Part shown: one piece after another, positions 52,650 to 61,477 of the stretch
How positions within the stretch are numbered: the first letter of the stretch is position 1
Layout: the number at the start of each line of letters is the position of its first letter
Assembly: GCA_030141605.1 (NCBI GenBank)
Contig: JAQGDQ010000468.1
Location: forward strand, 1 to 64,000
Source of the DNA: Tubiluchus corallicola
Taxonomy: Eukaryota > Animalia > Priapulida
DNA length: 64,000 nt
Direction of reading: 5' to 3'
Program-made: the position numbers and the translations under genes
The notes under the pieces: model-generated
Told to the model about the DNA's origin: nothing
Database searches by the model: none
Seen by the model: the letters and a program-made list of their open reading frames with translations, nothing else

Positions 52650-53543
52650 TTAGCGAACTTCTATAATTACTGTATACCTTTTAAAAGTACTGCCATCCTG
52701 TGCCACCACCTGATACTTCACAGGTAGGGTGAAATTTTGCGCATCACCCTTGGGAGGCATTACAGTGGCACCTTCAGAAACCTCTAAAGAGAGAGGAACT
52801 AAACTTCTTAAATGTGCCTTATCTGTGGCAACTCCGGTAATAGTTTGTGCCTCATGGTCAATATTTATATCTGTCACCCCTTTAATATCAAAAGTAGTAA
52901 TTTTCGCATCCACATTTCTATCTATATTAACAATTACAGTATATGTCTCTGTACCTCCATCCTCCGCCACTACTGTATAACGTTTGTTGTTGGTAAAATC
53001 CTGCTCCACTCCGCTACCTGGAGATACACTTACACCTGTATGTGTAATAGTAGGCTTCAACACGCCCTTTGCCTTATAAGAAACAGCAGCACTTATAATC
53101 TTATTATCTATCTTTCCGACAATATCATACTCTAACGCTTCATTATCTTCTGCTTTAAAATCAAAGCCAATAATACTTTTTAATGCACTAAACTCTACCT
53201 CCTCCACAGTTACAATATACTTTTGCGTGCTCCCATCCTCTGCCTTTACTATATATTCTACAGGATCAGTAAAATCCTGCTCCGCCCTACTCTCTGGGCT
53301 TACGGATGCTTTTTCCGACACAATAATATTGGGTATAAGCTTAGTTTTATTAGTACCCACAGGCACCATTACCCTTACGGTGTAATGCTTATGATCTGCC
53401 TTAGCATACCATGCACTATTGATAATCTCAAAAGCTATGATCTCTTTCTTATCCAACTTAAGCGACTCCCCTCTCCCTTGCTTGCACACTGTTGCCACTA
53501 AAAAACTTGCAACCAATAATAGCACGGCTCTTTTCATATCCAT
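52650..53543 (-). CDS. Secreted/lipoprotein with three tandem DUF5018-like Ig-type modules
   Basis: Three repeats ending Q(D/N)FT...Y.V.A(E/Q)DG...Y.V; N-terminal signal with Cys. Confidence 0.75.
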   Translation of the reverse strand: MDMKRAVLLLVASFLVATVCKQGRGESLKLDKKEIIAFEIINSAWYAKADHKHYTVRVMVPVGTNKTKLIPNIIVSEKASVSPESRAEQDFTDPVEYIVKAEDGSTQKYIVTVEEVEFSALKSIIGFDFKAEDNEALEYDIVGKIDNKIISAAVSYKAKGVLKPTITHTGVSVSPGSGVEQDFTNNKRYTVVAEDGGTETYTVIVNIDRNVDAKITTFDIKGVTDINIDHEAQTITGVATDKAHLRSLVPLSLEVSEGATVMPPKGDAQNFTLPVKYQVVAQDGSTFKRYTVIIEVR

Positions 53544-53664
53544 TTATCTTTAAAATTCAGAAATTGAAACACACCCCAAACCCTGCTCTAAAAAAACAAA
53601 ATCGCTTTTACGTAAAGCATAAGCTCTATATAATTTTAATATCAGATCTTAATACAGGCCACCC

Positions 53665-55071
53665 TCAGAACCTGAAATAATTATATGCATTATTGAACGA
53701 AATATCCTCCACCATGCGCCCCAACAGCTCCATATCGTTAGGTATCTCCCCATTCTCAACATCATTACCTATTAAATTACACAAAATACGGCGGAAATAC
53801 TCATGTCGTGAATAGGAGAGAAAACTACGCGAATCCGTAAGCATTCCCACAAAACGGCTAAGCAACCCTAAATTTGACAAAGCGTTAATCTGCCTCTCCA
53901 TGCCATCCTTCTGATCAAGAAACCACCAGCCCGAACCAAACTGAAACTTACCCGGTTCAGAACCATCCTGAAAATTACCAATCATTGTCGCAAACACCTC
54001 ATTATCCCTGGGATTAAGATTATATAAAATAGTACGCGTAAGTTTCTGCTCCTCATCCAGCCTATCAAAAAAACGGGACATAGCAGCAGCCATTTTATAA
54101 TCACCAATAGAATCAAACCCCTTATCAGCGCCGACAGAATTAAACATCCGCGTATTGTTATTTCTCATTGCCCCCAAATGAAACTGTTGTGCCCAGCCCC
54201 TTTTATGGTCCATCACAGCAAACTCATATAACATTGCAGAACGAAACTTCTTTAACTCATCATAAGAGGGCTGAACTCCACTTCGAACCTTGCTATATAT
54301 ACTCCCTATCTCACTATTAGTATAAAACTCGGCATACATTGTCTCCAGACCATGATCGGAAAGACGACACCCATTATCATGAAAATACTGATGGCGCTTA
54401 TCTATCGCCTCCAAAAAATCTTCAAACCTGCTAAGATCTGTTCCGGTAAGATCAGAAAGCGTATTAACATACCTATTAAAGCATGCGGGAGACTCTATTG
54501 CCATTGCTCTGTCAGGACGCCAGGCAGGAATAACACTCACCTCAAAACCATCATCTCTTATCTCTCTGTGATACTCAAGCGAATCTATAGGATCATCCGT
54601 AGTGCATATAGTATGCACATTAGCTTTCCTTATAATACCACGACATGAAAACTCCGGTGTACTAAGCATCTCATTACACCTATCCCATATTTCGCGTGCA
54701 GTAGACAAACTCAATATCTTATCAATCCCAAATGGCTTTTTCAACTCCAAGTGTGTCCAGTGATAGAGTGGGTTACGCAGTGTGTAGGGAACTGTTTCTG
54801 CCCATTTCTCAAACTTCTCCCAGTCAGATGCGTCGCCTGTGCAGTACCTCTCGTCAACACCATTAGACCTCATCCCTCGCCACTTATAATGATCCCCCGC
54901 CAGCCATATCTGATACATATTTTCAAACCGCCTGTCTTTAGCTATATCCTGCGGCTGTATATGACAATGATAATCAAATATAGGCATCACAGCAGCATGC
55001 TCATGATATAACTTCCTGGAAACATCAGTTTGCAACAGAAAATCCTCATCCATAAAAGGCTTCATTCTCAT
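53665..55071 (-). CDS. uxaC: Glucuronate isomerase
   Basis: DYHCH, GDHYKWR, NPLYHWTHLEL, TTDDP, GSGWWF, GMLTDSRSFLSY. Confidence 0.97.
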   Translation of the reverse strand: MRMKPFMDEDFLLQTDVSRKLYHEHAAVMPIFDYHCHIQPQDIAKDRRFENMYQIWLAGDHYKWRGMRSNGVDERYCTGDASDWEKFEKWAETVPYTLRNPLYHWTHLELKKPFGIDKILSLSTAREIWDRCNEMLSTPEFSCRGIIRKANVHTICTTDDPIDSLEYHREIRDDGFEVSVIPAWRPDRAMAIESPACFNRYVNTLSDLTGTDLSRFEDFLEAIDKRHQYFHDNGCRLSDHGLETMYAEFYTNSEIGSIYSKVRSGVQPSYDELKKFRSAMLYEFAVMDHKRGWAQQFHLGAMRNNNTRMFNSVGADKGFDSIGDYKMAAAMSRFFDRLDEEQKLTRTILYNLNPRDNEVFATMIGNFQDGSEPGKFQFGSGWWFLDQKDGMERQINALSNLGLLSRFVGMLTDSRSFLSYSRHEYFRRILCNLIGNDVENGEIPNDMELLGRMVEDISFNNAYNYFRF

Positions 55072-55174
55072 TTTTTTTTAATCCGTTAAACCGGTAAGCT
55101 AAACGCTCGCTCAAACTTTCAAACAATAAGAAACCGCACTCTTGTTCATTCGTCAGGAAATTTAACCTCTCGAA

Positions 55175-56437
55175 TTAATGGGGTAAAACCTGTGCCCCAA
55201 ATAATCTCTTTAAATGTCGATCATAAAGATTTTCCTCTACACACTTCCCAATAATACCACTATGTCTTTTCAGTAAATCAACATACTTTTCACCATACTC
55301 CGACGCAACTTTATAAGCAACATGTATCAATTGCCTGAAATCGGGATTATAATCTGAATGCTCCGGTATATGGCGAAGGCTGTTGGCCAGCTCATTGCCA
55401 CTCCAGCTCTCTATATCTCTTGCAGAAGGTAGTAACCTCTGCCTTATATCAATAACATCGGAATAAGGAGCACACAACTCATCCTTACGGTCCAAGCCCC
55501 TCTTACATATTGACTTTGCCATCTCCAGCGCCTCCCCACCTGCCAGGGCAAGGCCTATTACCTCTTCCAGCCACGATGTGCCGGCAGTTTTAACATGTAT
55601 CCCCTTATCATACTTACTTATAACTTTCGAAATCGCAGGATAGATCGAAAACTTGTCCGAACCGGAATGAATGCTCAGCTTTAAGCTTTGAGGCAACCCA
55701 AAAGACTTAACAGCATAATCTATTACAAGAATATCTTCTTCAAACTCACGAGTAAACTCCTTCACATCACCAACATAATCTACACCTTTATTAAAACGTC
55801 CCGAAAACTTCGGAGCAATAGTCTGGGCGGGGATACCCTGCTCTGCAATCATCTTTAAAATAAAAAGAAGCTCAACAGGAGTTTGGGGAGACCCAACCTC
55901 ATCTATCGAAACTTCAATAATAAAACCTTTACCCCTTTTTCTCTTACTTATAAACCTGTATATGTTGCCAGCCTCCACAATAGCTGCTAAAAAATTCTCA
56001 GCCACACCTCTGATCTGCTCTTCACTAACTTTAAACGGCGTAGAAATACCCGGAATAAACAACTCACCCTGCATACTCTTACACGACCTGACAAACTCGT
56101 CAACCTCTTTATCATTAGGCTTTTCCCCTATATACTCAGCAACATCAATAGTAAAAAAATCGGATACAGATAAAAAATCCTTTACACTATTCATGTTTAT
56201 ATGATCAGCATCAACATAGTACTCCCCTGTATAATTCAAAGCCTTAACCGCCAAATCTGCCTCTGCCCTCGTATCAGAGGGAAGGGAGCGAACTATCTGA
56301 TGCTCACGGTTAGACTTATTCCAAACCGGAACAACATCAATCCCGTCTTTACACACTCTCAAAATTGCTCTTAACTGTGCCTCCCCCTGCATGGAAAATC
56401 TGTCTCCAATACCAAATGTATGCTTATGAATCTTCAT
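55175..56437 (-). CDS. uxaE: Tagaturonate/fructuronate epimerase
   Basis: GIGDRF, DADH, EVSIDE, APKFSGRFNKGVDY, LSIHSGSDKF, HVKTAGT; adjacent to uxaC; likely start ATG 56437. Confidence 0.88.
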   Translation of the reverse strand: MKIHKHTFGIGDRFSMQGEAQLRAILRVCKDGIDVVPVWNKSNREHQIVRSLPSDTRAEADLAVKALNYTGEYYVDADHINMNSVKDFLSVSDFFTIDVAEYIGEKPNDKEVDEFVRSCKSMQGELFIPGISTPFKVSEEQIRGVAENFLAAIVEAGNIYRFISKRKRGKGFIIEVSIDEVGSPQTPVELLFILKMIAEQGIPAQTIAPKFSGRFNKGVDYVGDVKEFTREFEEDILVIDYAVKSFGLPQSLKLSIHSGSDKFSIYPAISKVISKYDKGIHVKTAGTSWLEEVIGLALAGGEALEMAKSICKRGLDRKDELCAPYSDVIDIRQRLLPSARDIESWSGNELANSLRHIPEHSDYNPDFRQLIHVAYKVASEYGEKYVDLLKRHSGIIGKCVEENLYDRHLKRLFGAQVLPH

Positions 56438-56658
56438 CCGTACACTATGCGCTTTAAAACTACACAACAATTACACTACACCACACAACAACCTCACACA
56501 GCAAATAACTTGCTGCAAATAAACCTGCTAAGCACTTATGCCGCAGGTCAAAAATAGCCTGAAATGTGCGTTAACTCACTATCATTCTTACTTCACGAAA
56601 ATAACATGAATTTTAACACTGGACAAACAACAAACACAAAAAACATAAAAAATACACA

Positions 56659-56680
56659 TTTCCGTGTCCGTACACGAAAA
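56659..56680. promoter_or_regulatory. Candidate LacI-family operator
   Basis: tttccgtgtcc|gtacacgaaaa, 22-bp near-palindrome with central CG, between divergent uxaE and lacI. Confidence 0.7.
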
Positions 56681-56694
56681 ACAAAAATCTTTTA

Positions 56695-56702
56695 TAAATT
56701 TG
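56695..56702 (+). promoter_or_regulatory. Bacteroidota -7 element (TAAATTTG) for the lacI operon
   Basis: TAnnTTTG just downstream of the operator. Confidence 0.5.
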
Positions 56703-56749
56703 CTGTGAAAATTTAAACTTCGGACACACATAGCTTCTCCATAAAGACT

Positions 56750-57811
56750 ATGAGAGTAGAAAATAACAACATACGTATTAAAGATATTGCAAAAAAAGCC
56801 GGGACATCCACTGGAACTGTTGACAGGGTCATACACAACCGGGGGGAAGTTTCTGGAGCAACACAGGAAAAAATCCTCCGAATTATTAAAGAACTTGATT
56901 ACAAGCCAAACATACTTGCCCGAAGTCTCGCCTCAAAAAAAAGCATTGTAATAGCCACACTCCTGCCTCTATCTATATCGAAAGAATCCTACTGGGGGAG
57001 GCCAATAATAGGAATAAACAAATCTGTTTCAGAACTGAATCAGTACGGCATAACCCTTAAAAAATATTTCTTCGACCCTGACAACCCTTCAACATTTACT
57101 GAAAAAACCACTCTTATACTGAAACAGCACCCTGACGGAGTAGTAATAGCCCCGTCTGTATCCAGAGAAGCCTCTATCTTTGTCGACCTGCTTGATAAGA
57201 AAAATATCCCCTATGTATTTATAGATTCTGACATTGAAAATGCAAACCCTGTAAGCAGAATTGGGCAAGACTCGTTTCAGAGTGGTTACCTTTCAGCCAA
57301 ACTGCTGGACTACACCCTTCCTGACAACGCACTGGTCTTAATAATACACATCGCTAAAGAACTTGACAACCAGGATCATCTCCTTCAGAGAGAAAAAGGA
57401 TTCTGCAACTACTTTACAAGCCTGAAAAATCGGAGGTTAACACTCAAAAAAATTGAAGTAGCAGGAGAAAAAAGTGAGATAGCAAATAGTATAATTCAAA
57501 ATGGAACTCATATGTCATCAATAGGAGGCATCTTTGTCACCAACTCCAAAGTGCACCATGTAGCCAGGCTTTTTCCAAAATTTCCAAAACTGCCGCGAAT
57601 AGTAGGATATGACCTTACACCTGACAATATAAAATTACTGAAAGCCGGTAAAATTGACTTTCTCTTATGTCAAAAACCCGAAAAACAGGGGTACAATGCA
57701 ATAAACGCCCTGTTTGAACATATTGTGAAAAAACAACCCGTAAAACTACAGAACTACACGCCAATAGATATTATTACCAAAGAAAACCTGAAATATTACA
57801 CATCATTTTAA
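56750..57811 (+). CDS. LacI family transcriptional regulator
   Basis: IKDIAKKAGTSTGTVDRVIHNR HTH; YKPNILARSL hinge. Confidence 0.93.
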   Translation: MRVENNNIRIKDIAKKAGTSTGTVDRVIHNRGEVSGATQEKILRIIKELDYKPNILARSLASKKSIVIATLLPLSISKESYWGRPIIGINKSVSELNQYGITLKKYFFDPDNPSTFTEKTTLILKQHPDGVVIAPSVSREASIFVDLLDKKNIPYVFIDSDIENANPVSRIGQDSFQSGYLSAKLLDYTLPDNALVLIIHIAKELDNQDHLLQREKGFCNYFTSLKNRRLTLKKIEVAGEKSEIANSIIQNGTHMSSIGGIFVTNSKVHHVARLFPKFPKLPRIVGYDLTPDNIKLLKAGKIDFLLCQKPEKQGYNAINALFEHIVKKQPVKLQNYTPIDIITKENLKYYTSF

Positions 57812-57898
57812 TCATAACAAACCTTATAACAATCAACAAACTTTATAACATTTGCTGATCACTATAGATAATAAGAAAACACTTTAACAAAAAACAAC

Positions 57899-58042
57899 GA
57901 GGCTTTTTATAAAACAAATGAGAACTCGGCTCAGATTAAAAAAACATGATGAAAAATCATAACTTATCGGTATAGAATGAAGACTTTGAAGATATTTTTG
58001 ACAAAAAAACAGTAAACAGACAGATGAGTTATACAAAAGCTC
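57899..58042 (+). repeat. Palindromic MITE-like repeat
   Basis: gaggctttttataaa...ggctcagatt...gaatgaagactttgaagatatttttgacaaaa...cagatgagttatacaaaagctc. Confidence 0.7.
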
Positions 58043-58074
58043 AACTCTAACACTCTAAAATTTGATATCACATT

Positions 58075-58926
58075 ATGAATAAAATACCATTTGAAGACCT
58101 AAAAGGGAAAGTATGTGTTATAACCGGAGGCGCCGGGGTTATAGGAACATCAATTGTAAAAGCACTGGCCTCGGTAAATGCGAAAATAGCAATCATTGAC
58201 ATTAACGGAGAGATAGCAGAAAAAAGCGCAAATAAGCTCACATCTGCATATAGCACTGACGTGATTGGACTGAAAGCAGATGTACTTGACAAAAAATCCC
58301 TTGAAGCGGCTAAAAAGAAAATTAATGACAAGTTGGGAGCCATTGACATTCTTATTAATGGCGCAGGAGGAAACTCGCCCCAAGCAACAACAAAAGTGGA
58401 GCAAATACTTAAAAAAGACATTGATAACCTTGAAGACACATTTTATGGGCTGCAAGTGGAGGCATTCGATAAAGTATTTGCCTTAAACTTTAAAGGGACA
58501 CTTCTTCCCACAATGGTTTTCACTCAGGATATGCTGAAAAAAAAATCGGGCGCTGTGCTCAACATATCATCGATGAACTCATACAACCCTTTAACAAAAA
58601 TACCTGCATACTCTGCCGCAAAAGCATCTGTTAATAACTTTACTCAATGGCTTGCTGTGCATCTGGCTAAAGTTGGTATCAGAGTGAATGCTATAGCTCC
58701 AGGTTTCTTCATAACAGAACAAAATCGCTTCCTGGTAATGGATGAGAAAACCGGCAATTACTCGGCACGAGGACAAAAAATAGTGAACAACACTCCAATG
58801 GGTAAATTTGGCAAGCCAGACGACCTGCAAGGAACGTCCCTCTACCTGCTTTCCGACATATCTTCATTTGTGACCGGAGTCGTTATTCCTGTTGATGGAG
58901 GCTACAGCGCTTTTGGAGGGGTGTAA
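58075..58926 (+). CDS. uxuB: SDR oxidoreductase, probable D-fructuronate reductase/D-mannonate oxidoreductase
   Basis: TGGAGVIG, INGAGGN, PLTKIPAYSAAK, VDGGYSAFGGV; uronate gene context. Symbol assigned from family plus context. Confidence 0.75.
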   Translation: MNKIPFEDLKGKVCVITGGAGVIGTSIVKALASVNAKIAIIDINGEIAEKSANKLTSAYSTDVIGLKADVLDKKSLEAAKKKINDKLGAIDILINGAGGNSPQATTKVEQILKKDIDNLEDTFYGLQVEAFDKVFALNFKGTLLPTMVFTQDMLKKKSGAVLNISSMNSYNPLTKIPAYSAAKASVNNFTQWLAVHLAKVGIRVNAIAPGFFITEQNRFLVMDEKTGNYSARGQKIVNNTPMGKFGKPDDLQGTSLYLLSDISSFVTGVVIPVDGGYSAFGGV

Positions 58927-59053
58927 CTCTTTGTAAAAAAACCTCATTACTATAACATAAATAGCAGTGATGAAACATCAATATAAAAAAAACGGAATAG
59001 CTCAAAGGATATAGAATATTTAAAAAAACACACTTGAAAATTCAAAAATTATT

Positions 59054-60349
59054 ATGTGGAAAAATGTAATTGTTGCACAATCAGGAGGCCCCTCTCCGGT
59101 AATTAACAATTCGCTGCGCGGAATTGTGGAAACATGCAAAATGTTTCCCGAATACTTTGGCACTATATATGGAGGATGGCACGGAATAGAAGGAGTACTA
59201 AAAGAGGAGCTATTAAACCTTTCTAAGCAGGATGTTGATGAAATAGCACTACTCAGAACAACCCCTGCGGCGGGGAGCATAGGAACATGTCGGTATAAAC
59301 TAAAGGACACTCAAAAAGAAGACTTCAGTCGTATTATAGAGGTCTTTAAAGCTCATAAAATTGGATACTTTTTCTACATAGGTGGCAACGACTCACAGCA
59401 TACGGCATTTAAAGTAAGTGAACTGGCAAACCAGCATGGACTTGAAATTATAGCTGTTGGCGTGCCCAAAACTATCGACAATGATGTTGGAGACAGTGAA
59501 TTTAAGCTGATTGACCACACGCCTGGCTACGGCTCCGTTGCAAAATATTGGTCTCACATAGTACAGAATATCAACGAAGAAAATGCAGGCTCATCCCCCG
59601 CAGATCCAGTAATTGTGCTCCAGGCTATGGGGCGCAGAATAGGCTACATACCGGCAGCAGCACGCTTAGCCGACCCAAACCGAGAAATGCCTCTGCAAAT
59701 ATATATGACAGAATCAAAAATGTCTGTAGAGGAGATGGCAGACAACGTAAATGAACAGGTCAAAAAAGATGGACGATGTATCGTAGTGGTAAGCGAGGGG
59801 TTTGATGTAGGAAGCACGGGCGAAGTAAAAGACTCATTTGGACACACCTCTTTTGGATCAAGCAAAACAACTGCTCAGCAATCCATTGTTAACTACCTCA
59901 ACAACATCGGAATAAAAGCCAAAGGCGCTGCCCGCGGACAAGTCCCCGGAACAGACCAGCGACACAATATGATCTATGCATCAACAGTCGATCTGGACGA
60001 AGCGTATAAAGTCGGACAAAAAGCTGTCGATATAGCAATGAACGATGGTAACGGATGGATGGCTACAATCCTCCGTAAACCCGGATTTATATACAACATC
60101 TATTACGACAAAGTACCACTGGAAAAAGTGGCTCTCTCTGAGCGCTTCTTTAAAAAAGAGTGGATTGCTAAAAGCAGAATAGATGTAACTGACTCCTTTA
60201 TTAACTATATTCGCCCACTAATAGGAGAAGACTGGGTTAGCATTCCAGTAATTAATGGTATTCAACGCTTTACTAGATTCAAACCTCTGTTTGCAGAACA
60301 GAAACTTGATAAATACACTCCACAGGCATATCGCAATTTAAATCTTTAA
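59054..60349 (+). CDS. PfkA-family kinase with PPi-dependent signature (possible gluconate kinase)
   Basis: QSGGPSPVIN, GGNDS, PKTIDND, MGR. Confidence 0.85.
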   Translation: MWKNVIVAQSGGPSPVINNSLRGIVETCKMFPEYFGTIYGGWHGIEGVLKEELLNLSKQDVDEIALLRTTPAAGSIGTCRYKLKDTQKEDFSRIIEVFKAHKIGYFFYIGGNDSQHTAFKVSELANQHGLEIIAVGVPKTIDNDVGDSEFKLIDHTPGYGSVAKYWSHIVQNINEENAGSSPADPVIVLQAMGRRIGYIPAAARLADPNREMPLQIYMTESKMSVEEMADNVNEQVKKDGRCIVVVSEGFDVGSTGEVKDSFGHTSFGSSKTTAQQSIVNYLNNIGIKAKGAARGQVPGTDQRHNMIYASTVDLDEAYKVGQKAVDIAMNDGNGWMATILRKPGFIYNIYYDKVPLEKVALSERFFKKEWIAKSRIDVTDSFINYIRPLIGEDWVSIPVINGIQRFTRFKPLFAEQKLDKYTPQAYRNLNL

Positions 60350-60408
60350 TAGCAAGGTCTGAAAAGCCCAATTGAACAATTATAAAAACAATATAACTCT
60401 ATACAAAT

Positions 60409-61290
60409 ATGAACCTACAACAACAAATAAAAGACCTGGCTCCAACCAAAGAATTCTTTATCGGTATCGACTCCGATGGATGTGTATTTGACTCAATGGA
60501 GCCCAAACAAAAGGAGTTCTTTTGCCCAAATGTACTACGCTACTTTGAGCTACTCCCTGTATCAAAAATAGCTCGTGAAACTTGGGAGTTTGTTAACCTC
60601 TACTCCAAAACAAGAGGATTAAACCGATTTCAGGCACTGGACTACTTTTTCGACTTGCTAAAAAAACGTCCACAGGTTTTAAACAAAAACATAAAAATAT
60701 ATGACACTGCTCCATTGAAAAAATGGTTAGCAAACGAAACAAAACTGGGAAATCCGGCGCTGGAAGAATACGCTGTGAAAATCAAAACTCCGGAAATAGA
60801 CAGACTCCTCAGATGGTCATTACAGGTAAATATAGAAATAGGTAAATGGGTGAAAAACCTAAAACCTTTTACCTACGTGGAGAAATGCCTAAAAAAAACT
60901 GAAGATAAAACTGATGCGCTGGTTATCTCGCAAACTCCAGGAGAAGCGCTTGATCGTGAATGGAAAGAGAATAACATTGACAAATATGTTCGTGTCATCT
61001 GCGGACAGGAGTATGGAACAAAAACGGAGCACCTGAAATATGCTGCAAAAGGGAAATACCCTTCCGATAAAATACTAATGATCGGAGATGCTCCCGGCGA
61101 TATGAGTGCGGCCAAAGCAAATAACGCCCTGTTTTACCCTATCAACCCCGGACATGAAGAAGAATCGTGGGAACGGTTGTACTGCGAATCACTCGATAAA
61201 TTCTTCACAGGCAAATATGCAGGAGAATATGAACAATCACTCATAGACCTGTTTGAGAAGCATCTTCCTGAAACACCAACATGGAAGTAA
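60409..61290 (+). CDS. HAD family hydrolase
   Basis: GIDSDG motif I; MIGDAPGD motif IV. Confidence 0.85.
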   Translation: MNLQQQIKDLAPTKEFFIGIDSDGCVFDSMEPKQKEFFCPNVLRYFELLPVSKIARETWEFVNLYSKTRGLNRFQALDYFFDLLKKRPQVLNKNIKIYDTAPLKKWLANETKLGNPALEEYAVKIKTPEIDRLLRWSLQVNIEIGKWVKNLKPFTYVEKCLKKTEDKTDALVISQTPGEALDREWKENNIDKYVRVICGQEYGTKTEHLKYAAKGKYPSDKILMIGDAPGDMSAAKANNALFYPINPGHEEESWERLYCESLDKFFTGKYAGEYEQSLIDLFEKHLPETPTWK

Positions 61291-61304
61291 GCTGTAAACA
61301 CTGT

Positions 61305-61445
61305 AAAATCCTTGCTAAGCAAACGGTTTTAATGCAGACTGAAGAAAACTCAATAAAAAAAGCTGCAACTTACTAACGTAAATGATGACTCCGAAAAGAG
61401 TTTTGACAAAAACGTTAACAAAAAGATGAACTTTGTAAAGGTCTC
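61305..61445 (+). repeat. Palindromic MITE-like repeat
   Basis: aaaatccttgctaagc...gcaacttactaacgtaaatgatgac...aaaagatgaactttgtaaaggtctc. Confidence 0.85.
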
Positions 61446-61477
61446 TATTCTTAATCACCTTATAGACACACAGTAAA

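Noticed and set aside
10143-61445. Repeats as a CRISPR array or integron attC cassette array
   Set aside because: The copies are dispersed, long and divergent, and they flank core genes in both orientations. There are no spacers, cas genes, integrase or GTTRRRY core sites.
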